From Elusimicrobiota bacterium (GTDB lineage: Bacteria; Elusimicrobiota; Elusimicrobia; UBA1565), in assembly GCA_016212885.1 (NCBI GenBank), contig JACRDO010000162.1, positions 4,985-68,984 of the forward strand: a stretch of DNA of 64,000 nucleotides, given 5' to 3'. Shown piece by piece: positions 46,564-55,548 of the stretch. Below the pieces are notes generated by a model, which was not told the origin of the DNA, made no database searches, and saw only the letters and a program-made list of their open reading frames with translations. The position numbers and the translations under genes are program-made. Numbering within the stretch: position 1 is the stretch's first letter; each line of letters begins with the position of its first letter.

Positions 46564-48794
46564 GTTTGCTCCTGGTATTTTGCGTAGGCGCGCATCGCCC
46601 TGTCAGCTGCGCGGAAGACCGCCAGGCCCCTCTCGTGGGCCAGGCTGGCGTATTCGTCGTAAAGCGGGCCGGAGGCCGCGCAGAACAGGACGGGCTTGGC
46701 CGCGGCCTTCGCCAGCGGCCCGAGCCGCACGGGCAGAGACCGCTTGAGCCCTTCCTCCGGAAGGGTCTTCATCGCGGGCGTCAGGGGCACGGCGGAGACG
46801 ATTGCCGCGTCCACGCAGGCGGAGCTCAGCACCGCCTCGCAGACCTTGAGGATCGCCTCGTCGCTCGCCATCGGCGTAAGATCCAGCGGATTGCGGACAT
46901 CCACGATCCCGTCGAGCTTGAAATCGCGCAGGATGCGCTCGATGTTTCCCCGCAGGGCCGCGTCCGGGGCCGCCGTCTGGAGGAGCCCGGAGGGCAGGAT
47001 GTTGTCCGCCATCCCGGCGGTCTCGAAGCCCGCGTTGCTCAAGGCGAAGACCCTTGGGCCCTTGGGACGGCCCGCGCAGAAGCAGGCGAGCTGGGCGAGG
47101 TCGTTGAATTCGTCGAAGGTTTCGGCGACCAGCGCGCCCGCTCTCGACAGCACGGCCCGCGCGGCCGCGAAGTCCCCAGCGATGGAGGCCGTGTGGCTCA
47201 TGACGGCCTTTTGGCCGACTGGGGTCCTGCCCGCCTTGTAGACCACCACGGTCTTGCCGGCCTTGCGCGCCGCGCGGATGCTGCGCTCAAGCCGCAGCCC
47301 GTCGCCCGGCTTCAAGCCTTCCAGATAGGCCAGGATCACCTTGATGGAGTCCTCTTGGGCCGCAGCCTCGACGTAGTCGCAGACCGTGACGTCCATCTGG
47401 TTGCCGACCGAGACGCAGTAGGCGGGCTTGAGCCAGCCCATGCGGCTTATGACCGAGACGACGAAGGCGCCGCTCTGGCTGATGAAGGCCGTGCGCGCGA
47501 TGGCGGGGTTCTCCTTGGAAGGCATGGCGAGCTTGGCCTTGGGGATGAAGAACGTGTTGACCTTGGCCGGGGCCGAGACGATGCCGAGCGAGTTCCCTCC
47601 GCTGAGGGCGAAATCCGCGTTGAGCTCGCGGCCCTCGCGGATGACCGCGAGGACCTCGTCCTGGACTCCCTCGCTGCCGCTCTTCTCCCCCATGCCGCCG
47701 CTGATGAGGACGACTCCCCGGACTTTGCCGGAGGCCGCCGCCTCCCTCAGGACCCCCGGAACCTCCCCGGAGGGCACCGCCACCACGAACATGTCCACGG
47801 GCTCGGGGAAGGAGGCGCAGTCGCGCACGCAGCGGGCCCCCTCGATCTCGCCCTCGAGATCCTTCAGGACGAAGAGCCTCTTAGCGGGGAAGCCCGCCTC
47901 CACGACGTTGCGCAGGATGATCCTCCCCATGTTCATCTTCTTCTCGCTGACGCCCGCCACCGCGACCGTGGAGGGCTTAAGCAGGGCTAAGACCGCCTTG
48001 GCGCTCGGCGGATCGCGCCGCTCAGGGGCGGCTTGCCGGAATCTCAAGACTCCGTCCAGCGCGACGAGCCTCCCTCCGCTCACGGCGAGCGGGTTGGCCT
48101 CGACCTCGTCGATCATCCAGCGGGACTTCTCGCCGTCGAAATGTCCCAGGAGTTTCGCGAATCCTTCGAGCCATTTGAGCATGGCCTTGTCCTCGGCCAT
48201 GCGCTCGCCTCCCCGGACCCTGCCGGAGACGTACCGCCAGACCCAGGCGCGGTCCAGGAAGTCCTGCCAGGAGCCCGCTTCGCCGAGCAAGGCGATCGGC
48301 ATGATCGCGGGGGTGAGCCCGGGCTTGAGGCTTGCAGTCATCTGCTCCGTGTCGGTCCCCCCCAAGCCAAGGGCCATGAGCGGCCCGAAGCCCGCGTCGG
48401 AGCGCGCGCCCAGGAGCAGTTCCTGGCCCATCGAGAAGACCGCGTGCTCCACGAACTCGCAGACTAAAACGGCCTCCGCATCCGGGAAGGCGCGCTTGAA
48501 GGTGGCGAGCGCGACGCAGGCTTCGCGCTTGACGCAGACCCTCACCCCGCCGGACTCGGTCTTGTGCAGGACCTTGTGCGAGGAGACCTTCAGGACAACC
48601 TTGTCCCCGGGGAAGCCGGAGAGCAGTCGGTCCAGCTCAGTGTCCTTGAGCGGGATCCTATCCAGGGAGATGAGCGCCCGCTTCGGTGCGTCCAAGCCCA
48701 GCTTCTCGAAGACATCGTAGGCCTCGGCTTCCGTGAGGGATTTTCGCCCTTCCTTCCCGGCGCCCTCAAGCAGCAGCTCGATGTCTTCGAACAT
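46560..48794 (-). CDS. NDP-forming acyl-CoA synthetase (acetate--CoA ligase family), ATP-grasp domain N-terminal
   Basis: LK......HKTESGGV and EANPL (beta part), then CoA-binding domain, GGNSLG, SQSGA, SHTAS, NPLDLTP. Confidence 0.88.
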   Translation of the reverse strand: MFEDIELLLEGAGKEGRKSLTEAEAYDVFEKLGLDAPKRALISLDRIPLKDTELDRLLSGFPGDKVVLKVSSHKVLHKTESGGVRVCVKREACVALATFKRAFPDAEAVLVCEFVEHAVFSMGQELLLGARSDAGFGPLMALGLGGTDTEQMTASLKPGLTPAIMPIALLGEAGSWQDFLDRAWVWRYVSGRVRGGERMAEDKAMLKWLEGFAKLLGHFDGEKSRWMIDEVEANPLAVSGGRLVALDGVLRFRQAAPERRDPPSAKAVLALLKPSTVAVAGVSEKKMNMGRIILRNVVEAGFPAKRLFVLKDLEGEIEGARCVRDCASFPEPVDMFVVAVPSGEVPGVLREAAASGKVRGVVLISGGMGEKSGSEGVQDEVLAVIREGRELNADFALSGGNSLGIVSAPAKVNTFFIPKAKLAMPSKENPAIARTAFISQSGAFVVSVISRMGWLKPAYCVSVGNQMDVTVCDYVEAAAQEDSIKVILAYLEGLKPGDGLRLERSIRAARKAGKTVVVYKAGRTPVGQKAVMSHTASIAGDFAAARAVLSRAGALVAETFDEFNDLAQLACFCAGRPKGPRVFALSNAGFETAGMADNILPSGLLQTAAPDAALRGNIERILRDFKLDGIVDVRNPLDLTPMASDEAILKVCEAVLSSACVDAAIVSAVPLTPAMKTLPEEGLKRSLPVRLGPLAKAAAKPVLFCAASGPLYDEYASLAHERGLAVFRAADRAMRAYAKYQEQT

Positions 48795-48808
48795 TTGGGG
48801 AGCGTATT

Positions 48809-50200
48809 CTACCAAGAAACCCCATTGATGTACCGTGCAAAGCGCCGGACCACCCAAGGGTGGATGAGCGCCTGCGTCAGGTTGTACGCGGGCCAGGGCA
48901 TCGCGGGGCGGTAATCGTGTATGGCCACCAGGAGGCAGGAGCCTCCCAGCGCCTCACGGAACTCGAGGCGCGCGCGCCGCGTCTGCCTCCGGTCGGTCCT
49001 CGTCAGAAGGCCGCGGGTGATGTAGAAGACCTGGCGGTCCGAGGCTTCGCTGCGCTCCTGGGCGAAGAGGTGCTCCAGCAGGAGCACGCGGGGGAAGCGG
49101 AGATATATGCGGACGTTCTTGCCGGGGTCCCTCTCGGCCGCGATGAGGGCCTTAAACAGGCGCGGGAGCCAGTCGCTGTACTGCTCCGCGGCCCAGCGCG
49201 CGGTCTTGCCGGGGGGGAGCGGGATCCTTTGCACGGAGCGGACGTTGTGCTGGGGCCTAGCGTTGCGGCGCCGTGGTGGGAGGTGTTCCTCGGCTCTCTC
49301 CTCGTCCAGGGCTTTCATGACCGCGGCATCGAAGCCAAGGCCCGGGACCCCAGCCTCTTCATGAAGACGCCTCTCTTTCGCCACCATAGGGGATCTCATG
49401 CTCTCCAGCAGCGGCGCCACAAGCTCCATGGGGGCTCCGGTGACGAGCGAGATCCAATGGCGGCACCAGAAGGCGCCCTTGAAGGGCAGGTCCACGAACC
49501 TGCGCCTGAGGCCCAGGAGCCCCGCCGCGCGCTCGAGCATCTGCCGGTAGGAGAGGACCTCGGGGCAGCCGACGTCGAAATGCCGGTTCTCGCAGGAGGG
49601 ATGGTCGAGGCAGTAGGCGAGCAGGGCGAGGATGTCGGAGAGGGCGATGGGCTGGGACGGGGTCCGCGCCCAGGGAGGGCAGGGGATGAGGGCCAGGCGC
49701 CGGACGATCCGCATGAGCATCCCGAAGGACGAGCCGCCCGCTCCCACGATGAGCCCGGCGCGGAGCGCGGTGACCGGGACCTCGCGGGAGCCGAGGGTGC
49801 GCTCGACCTCCAGGCGGCTCCGGAGGTGGTCAGAAAGATCGGGGATGTCGGGGACCAGGCCGCCGAGATAGACGATCTGCTTCACTCGCGCCTGCGCCGC
49901 GGCCCGGGCGAAGTTGTCGGCCATGATGAGGTCCATGTCCTGGAAGGAGCCTTGCGTGAGGTGCGCGGAGGGGAGCATGGAGTGGACCAGATAGAAGGCA
50001 GAGTCGGCGCACTCCAAGGCCTTTTCGCACTGGAGGAGGGAGAAGAGGTCGCAGCTGCGCCATTCGATCCCGTCGTAGGGCGGGGGGGATTCCGGCCCGC
50101 GGGTCAGTCCGACGATTCTCCAGCGGTTCCGTAGGCGCTCGGCCAAGGCCCGGCCCACAAAGCCAGTCGCGCCGGCGATGACGACGGTGGGTGGGGCCAT
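48809..50200 (-). CDS. NAD(P)-binding atypical SDR (YbjT-like)
   Basis: GATGFVG, YLVHSM, YLGGL, S.HL.SR.EVE. Confidence 0.85.
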   Translation of the reverse strand: MAPPTVVIAGATGFVGRALAERLRNRWRIVGLTRGPESPPPYDGIEWRSCDLFSLLQCEKALECADSAFYLVHSMLPSAHLTQGSFQDMDLIMADNFARAAAQARVKQIVYLGGLVPDIPDLSDHLRSRLEVERTLGSREVPVTALRAGLIVGAGGSSFGMLMRIVRRLALIPCPPWARTPSQPIALSDILALLAYCLDHPSCENRHFDVGCPEVLSYRQMLERAAGLLGLRRRFVDLPFKGAFWCRHWISLVTGAPMELVAPLLESMRSPMVAKERRLHEEAGVPGLGFDAAVMKALDEERAEEHLPPRRRNARPQHNVRSVQRIPLPPGKTARWAAEQYSDWLPRLFKALIAAERDPGKNVRIYLRFPRVLLLEHLFAQERSEASDRQVFYITRGLLTRTDRRQTRRARLEFREALGGSCLLVAIHDYRPAMPWPAYNLTQALIHPWVVRRFARYINGVSW

Positions 50201-50323
50201 GATTGCGGTAGTCTAGCCAGGAGGGCGGGGAAGGTCAAGAGAAGGAATCGCGCCTTATCAGAGGTTCCGGAGTTGCCCTTCGCAGATGGCTGGGCCTGGT
50301 AACTCTCCAAAAAGGGATATGCA

Positions 50324-51665
50324 CTACTTGAGCTTCAACTCGCTACCATCCCCAAACTTGAGGTACTGAATCTCTGAGGTCATTCGGAGCTTTTCCTGTG
50401 GGGCCGAAAAAAGCCACATCGCATCTTTGTCAATCATGCTGACGTTCTGTTGCCATGAGATGGTTGCTGTTTTCCCAGACGGTATCGGTTTCGGCGAACC
50501 TGCCGTGTTTATGACCGACAACACTTTCCCATCCCCGGATTTGATGGATAATTGACTCAGCTTCCAGTTCATTAACCTGCTTCATCAGGTCGGGGAAGTT
50601 GGAGATTTCGGCAATTTGCCGGTAGTCACCCTTGTCCCGCATCTTTAGATCTAACACCAGGGTCTTGTCATAATCCTCGCGATAGAACCCCAGTCCGACG
50701 TAAGCGATCTTGCCTTCTTTTTTGACGTACTGGACACCCTTGAACCCATTTTTTCCACCGGCGATGTTGCCGTACACTTCCCTAATAGGAATTGAGGGTG
50801 GTTGGCCTTGGGAAGCCTTCTCGGCATTTTCAAATTCGCCATTTTCGATGTAACGTTCAATCTGTTCTTTCGCGTTCTCTACCATGCGGGGCTTTATCAT
50901 CCCTACGAAACCTTTGGCAAGAGCCGCTCCGATCTGCCCCCAGACGCTGGTCGCCTGATCAGCATTCCGCGTCGTTTGCTCCATGATTTGATCCATGAAT
51001 CTGCTGATCAATCCATCGACATCGGCATATTTCTCGAACGTTGTAATATCGTGCTGTTTGATGGCCTTCACCGTTACCCACAAAGAGTACTGGGGGCTTC
51101 TTGTGTAATTCCAGTACCAAATACCCGCCACCGCTATACCGATCACGATTGGAATCGCAAAAATCAGACCCGTCTTCGTCCTTGGGCCGATGCTTCGCAT
51201 TCCGCTATCATCGAGGAATGAGTTCTCTTTGAGATCGCTTCGTTTACGTGCCAGCAAAGCAATCATGGCGATAGCAATCGCGAATAGCCCTCCAAGCACC
51301 CCAGCGATAATTCCAAAGTGGTGCGCGCTTTTCGAACTGTCACTTTGTTGCGCGCGTGGTACTGACTTCCCTTTAGCCGTTACCTCTGGAAGCCGGAGAT
51401 CCACGCCAAGCGGAGCGGCAAATGGTATGAGCCTGGGCACCGTGTTTCTGACGAGATCTTCCTCGGGAGCCAGTCGAAGAGCTTCCTTGGCATCGGAAAC
51501 TGCCTCTACAATGTGGTTCTGCATCAGCCTCATGAGTGCGCGTCCGACCAGTGCCCCTGCTCGTTCAACTGGTCCTGACGCCACGTCTAGCGCGCGGGTC
51601 CATGCACTTTCCGCATCCCGGTGCAACTTGACGTCCTGAAGCACCAAGGCCAACTTCAATTGCAC
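50324..51665 (-). pseudogene. Degraded low-GC locus: TPR fragment + DUF2939-like membrane-anchored protein, C-terminus out of frame
   Basis: ORF 50430-51665 lacks a convincing start and has a WY...SPQYSL...KAIK..D...FEKY.D motif. Its plausible C-terminus (..IQYLKFGDGSEL) lies in the overlapping frame 50324-50572. Confidence 0.5.
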
Positions 51666-51711
51666 CGAATAATCGCTGGGCCATCGCTTAGCCGTTTCTT
51701 GGGCTTCTCAG

Positions 51712-51767
51712 AAATATACGCTGGGGCGTATAAAACACCCCGACTTTATACGGCTGGGCGTATATTT
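51712..51767. repeat. Twin dyad TATACG-N6-CGTATA (operator- or recombination-site-like)
   Basis: Copies at 51715-51732 and 51747-51764; the whole stretch also forms AAATATACGC...GCGTATATTT. Confidence 0.7.
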
Positions 51768-51855
51768 TGGGAAGCGGTTCGCGGAGCGCCTATAGAGAGC
51801 CCACGTAAAATGGGGGGCGCAAGGGGTGGCGAGGGGTGGCGAGAGAGAGGTTGCC

Positions 51856-52176
51856 TCAAGTCGCCAGCAAGCCCATCCGGATGAGCTTTTTGGCCAGTTC
51901 GTAGATGTCCCGGCGGTCGCCTTCTTCGCGGACGCCCACCGCGAGGATGATCACGGTGACGATCCTCCGGTTGACGGTGTAGATGATGCGGTAGCGCTGC
52001 CCGGCGGCCCTCAGGCTGCGCAGGCCTGAGAGTTCGCCGATCAGGGGTTTCCCCTGCAGCTCGGGATTATGGGCGAGGCCGTCGATGCGCTTGGCGATCT
52101 GTTCGCGGATGCGGCGGTCCGTGATGGCTGCGAGCATGCGCGCGGCGGCGGGCGTGCTGCGGACGGAGCAGGTCAC
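51856..52176 (-). CDS. Type II TA toxin, RelE family
   Basis: P..QGKPL.GELSGLRSLR...RYRIIY......V.ILAVG.R...DIY. Confidence 0.92.
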   Translation of the reverse strand: MTCSVRSTPAAARMLAAITDRRIREQIAKRIDGLAHNPELQGKPLIGELSGLRSLRAAGQRYRIIYTVNRRIVTVIILAVGVREEGDRRDIYELAKKLIRMGLLAT

Positions 52177-52439
52177 AGGCCGACATTCCGCTTGGCTTGG
52201 TCCCAGGGAATCGTTTTGCCGCGCCGCAGCTCGTCGACGCTTCGGCGCAGTTGAGACATCAAGCCGGGGTCTGAGAGGATCTCCATGGTTTCCATGATGC
52301 TTTCATACAGCTCGTAGGGGAGGATGGCCAGCACCGCTTTGCCGCGGTGCGTCACTTCAGCCACGTGCGGGCCGCCCTGCGCGAGCTCCTTCGGCATGGC
52401 TAAGAGCTTGTTGCGCGCCTGGGTGATGTTGATGGTCAT
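52173..52439 (-). CDS. Type II TA antitoxin, Phd/YefM family
   Basis: INITQAR.KL, VT.RGK.V..I..YE.YES..ETMEILSDP; GGAGG RBS. Confidence 0.92.
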   Translation of the reverse strand: MTINITQARNKLLAMPKELAQGGPHVAEVTHRGKAVLAILPYELYESIMETMEILSDPGLMSQLRRSVDELRRGKTIPWDQAKRNVGL

Positions 52440-52467
52440 GGCGCCTCCGCCGGCGATTACTGGATAA

Positions 52468-52506
52468 TGTACATGATAGTGTACATGTCGATGCCCATTG
52501 CGTCAA
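52468..52506 (-). promoter_or_regulatory. TA promoter with twin TGTACA operator
   Basis: Minus strand TTGACG-N17-TACACT; TGTACA palindromes at 52468-52473 and 52480-52485 (12 bp apart) overlap the -10. Confidence 0.8.
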
Positions 52507-52526
52507 GGGGGGAGTCGCGAGACGGA

Positions 52527-53450
52527 TCAGCCGGCCGACTTTTTGCGGCGCTTCGCCCGGTACATCCGGCTGTCGGCCCGGCGGAGGAGGTCGTTGAGGG
52601 AGTCCGAGGGCCTGAGCGCGGCGGCGCCGATGCTCAGGCCGACGAGCTTGGCGAAGGGCTTCTTGGCCGCGGCCGCGGCGATGCGCTCGGCCACGGAGCG
52701 GGCCGTCTTCTCGCCGAGGCCCGGGAGGATGACCACGAACTCGTCTCCGCCGTAGCGGAAGGCCATGTCCACGTCGCCCCGGATGCAGGAGCGGATGGCG
52801 CGGGCCGTTCCCTGGAGGATGCGGTCGCCCTCCAGGTGGCCCCAGAGGTCGTTGGCCCGCTTGAAATGATCGAGATCGATGACGAGCAGGGAGAACTTCT
52901 CCCCCTGCCGCTTCGCCCGGCGGAGCTCGGCGCCGGCGACCTCGTGGAAGTGACGCTGGTTGTAGAGCCCCGTCAGATCGTCGGTGATGGACAGCTCGCG
53001 CAGGCGCTCTTCGAGCTCGATGCGGCGGCTGATGTCCTTGGAGATGGCCAGAGTCCCGATGATGGTCCCACTGCGGTCCTTGAGCAGGGCGGCCGACATG
53101 CTGACGCGGACCTTGCTCTTGTCCGCCCTCAGCAGGACGGTCTCGTGCTCCGCGAGGCTCCCCTGCGCCAGCAGGTGCCGGTGGATGCGGCTCGCCTCCA
53201 GGCGGCCTCCGGCGAAGAAGCCGGCGGCGCTCTGGGCGAAGGCCTCGCGCAGGCTGCGGCCGAGCATCTTCTCGGCGCCTGGGCTGAAGTAGATGATGCG
53301 GCCGGAGAGGTCGGTCGTCCAGATGGCGTCCGAGGTCGAGGCGACGATAGCCTCCAGGTACTCCTTCGCGCGGATGAACTCGGTCGAAAGGTAGATGAGC
53401 GGGGCGCTGTCGTCCCGGATCGGGGTGTAAAGCTGGGAGGTTTGGCGCAT
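52527..53450 (-). CDS. PAS-domain diguanylate cyclase
   Basis: PAS domain; D.LTGLYN, DLDHFK..ND..GH, RYGGDEF. Confidence 0.93.
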   Translation of the reverse strand: MRQTSQLYTPIRDDSAPLIYLSTEFIRAKEYLEAIVASTSDAIWTTDLSGRIIYFSPGAEKMLGRSLREAFAQSAAGFFAGGRLEASRIHRHLLAQGSLAEHETVLLRADKSKVRVSMSAALLKDRSGTIIGTLAISKDISRRIELEERLRELSITDDLTGLYNQRHFHEVAGAELRRAKRQGEKFSLLVIDLDHFKRANDLWGHLEGDRILQGTARAIRSCIRGDVDMAFRYGGDEFVVILPGLGEKTARSVAERIAAAAAKKPFAKLVGLSIGAAALRPSDSLNDLLRRADSRMYRAKRRKKSAG

Positions 53451-53529
53451 GGGCCTTCGCCCATAGGATAGAACCCTCCCCGTCGGCGGGCCAGGGGCAA
53501 AGGCCTACCGGGTCCTTGGGCCTAAAGGC

Positions 53530-54768
53530 CTACCTAATCTTCTCGAACCGGGGGACAGAAATCGTGAATCGCGACCCCTTTCCCGGGCCGTCGCTCGCGG
53601 CTTCGATGTAGCCGCTGTGGTTGTGGAGGATGCGCTGGGCCGCACAGAGCCCCAGGCCGCTGCCGCTCCTGTTCTTGGTGGTGAAGAACGGCTCGAACAG
53701 CCGCCTCTGGGCCTTCGCGCCGAAGCCGCCGCCGGTGTCGGCGACGATCAGCTCGAAGAAGTCCAGCGCCTCTCCCGGTAACGACCACCAGGCCCGCTTG
53801 CCGACGGCCCGCAGGCGCAGCTCCAGGCGGCCGCCCTTGGGCATGGCTTCCACGGCGTTCTGGAGGATCGAGAAGACGGCCTCGTGGAGGAGCGAGTGGT
53901 CGCCGATGATCTGCGCCGGCCTGCCGAGGCCCTTCAGGCGCAGGCGGATCTTGTGGCGGATCAGCTGCGGGCGCGCGCTGTCGATCGCGGAGCGCACCGG
54001 CTCGCGCAGGTCCAGCTGCTGGAAGACCGTCTCCTCGATGCGGCCGATGCGGAGCAGCTTCTTGAGGATCTCGCGGCAGCGGAGCGCCTCCGAGCAGATA
54101 TCCCCCAGCTCCGACTGCAGCGCCCGCGCGCCGTGGCGTCTCTGAAGGACCTCGGCGGTGACGAGGATGGAGGTCAAGGGGCCCTTGATGCGGTGGGCCA
54201 CCTCGGCCGCCATCTGGCCCAGCGACGCCAGCTTCTCCATCTGAAGGAGCTGGCCTTGGAACGCCCGCTCGCTCTCTCTGCGGATCTGCTGGGCGTCCTG
54301 CGAGAGGAGGGCCGCGAGGAAAGCCATGACCCAAAGGAACGGCAGGCGCAGCCAGAAGGCGGGATCGCGCGCAAGCCCCTGGGCCGGGGTCCAGGACGAG
54401 AAGACGTAGAAGACGGATGCGGCGACGGCCACGAGGAAGCACTGCGCGAGCTTCCGGCTCAGGGCGGCGCCCAGGATGATCATGAAGTACGTCAGGTAGA
54501 GATCGGACTGCGGGTTCTGCGTCCAGTAGAGCGTCAAGGAGGCGAGGACCGCGTCGCCGAGCAGCAGGCCGCTCTGGATAGGCATCTCGGCCAGGCGCTT
54601 GGCCGGAAGGCCGCGCAGAAGGGCTAGAGCTCCGAGCAGGGTTCCGGTGAGGAAGAAGAATTTCAAAGCCCAGTTTTCAACATCGGTCCTCTGAAAGAGG
54701 AAGAACAGCAGGAGGATCACCGTCAGCAGGCCCTGGAAAGCCAGGTAGGCCTGCCGCCGATCAGGCAT
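53530..54768 (-). CDS. Membrane sensor histidine kinase
   Basis: About 5 TM; EKLASLGQMAA.VAH (H box), NAVEAM, DTGGG, FEPFFTTK, GSGLGL. Confidence 0.92.
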   Translation of the reverse strand: MPDRRQAYLAFQGLLTVILLLFFLFQRTDVENWALKFFFLTGTLLGALALLRGLPAKRLAEMPIQSGLLLGDAVLASLTLYWTQNPQSDLYLTYFMIILGAALSRKLAQCFLVAVAASVFYVFSSWTPAQGLARDPAFWLRLPFLWVMAFLAALLSQDAQQIRRESERAFQGQLLQMEKLASLGQMAAEVAHRIKGPLTSILVTAEVLQRRHGARALQSELGDICSEALRCREILKKLLRIGRIEETVFQQLDLREPVRSAIDSARPQLIRHKIRLRLKGLGRPAQIIGDHSLLHEAVFSILQNAVEAMPKGGRLELRLRAVGKRAWWSLPGEALDFFELIVADTGGGFGAKAQRRLFEPFFTTKNRSGSGLGLCAAQRILHNHSGYIEAASDGPGKGSRFTISVPRFEKIR

Positions 54769-55456
54769 CCGGAGCGGCGAAGCGGTAGCCGCGCTTGGGG
54801 ATCGTCTCGATGAGCGCGGCGCCGGAGCCCAGCTTCCTGCGGATGTTCTTGATGTGCGTATCCACGCTGCGGGTCGGGACCGCCATGCCGTAGGTCGAGG
54901 CGTTCTCGATGAGGTAGGTCCGCGTCAGCACGCGGCCGGGCTGGGAGGCCAGGAGCCTGAGGACCTCGAATTCGCGCGGCTGGAGCTTCAGAGCCTTCCC
55001 CTTGTAAGCGGCTTCTCCGCTCGCGGGATCCAGCCTGAGCCCGGCGACCGTAAAGGCGTCCGTCTTGGAAGCCGCCGGATGTCGGCTGAAGCGCCGGAGG
55101 ACGGCCTGAATGCGGGCGAGCAGCTCCATGGCTCCGAAAGGCTTGGTGACGTAGTCGTCGGCGCCAAGCGACAGCCCGAGGACCTTGTCCCCTTCGCTGG
55201 AGAGCCCGGTCAAAAGGATGACGGGGACCGAGGCCGTGGCCGGGTCTTCCTTCAGGGACTTCAGGATGAGCCGGCCGTCCGTGCCGGGCATGAGGATGTC
55301 AAGGAGGATGATGTCCGGCTTCTGCGCCTGGACCGCGGCGAGGGCCTTCTCCGGTTGGGGGAGATGGATCAGCTCGTACGCCTTGTCCAGGGTCAGGGTT
55401 TTGCGGACCGAGGAGACGATGGCCGGGTCGTCTTCGATGATCAGGATTCTCGGCAT
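54761..55456 (-). CDS. OmpR/PhoB-family response regulator
   Basis: IEDD, DILMP, GADDYVTKPF, winged-helix R.VDTHIKNIRRKL...GY. Confidence 0.95.
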   Translation of the reverse strand: MPRILIIEDDPAIVSSVRKTLTLDKAYELIHLPQPEKALAAVQAQKPDIILLDILMPGTDGRLILKSLKEDPATASVPVILLTGLSSEGDKVLGLSLGADDYVTKPFGAMELLARIQAVLRRFSRHPAASKTDAFTVAGLRLDPASGEAAYKGKALKLQPREFEVLRLLASQPGRVLTRTYLIENASTYGMAVPTRSVDTHIKNIRRKLGSGAALIETIPKRGYRFAAPDA

Positions 55457-55548
55457 GGACCTGGGACAGCGGAGATTATAAAGAATTCACAACTTCCCCA
55501 CAATGCGAACACGCATAATCCATCGTCCTCTTGCATCCTATGCATGAT

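Noticed and set aside
53451..53530. c-di-GMP riboswitch upstream of the diguanylate cyclase
   Set aside because: The region is short and lacks the class I and class II consensus motifs.
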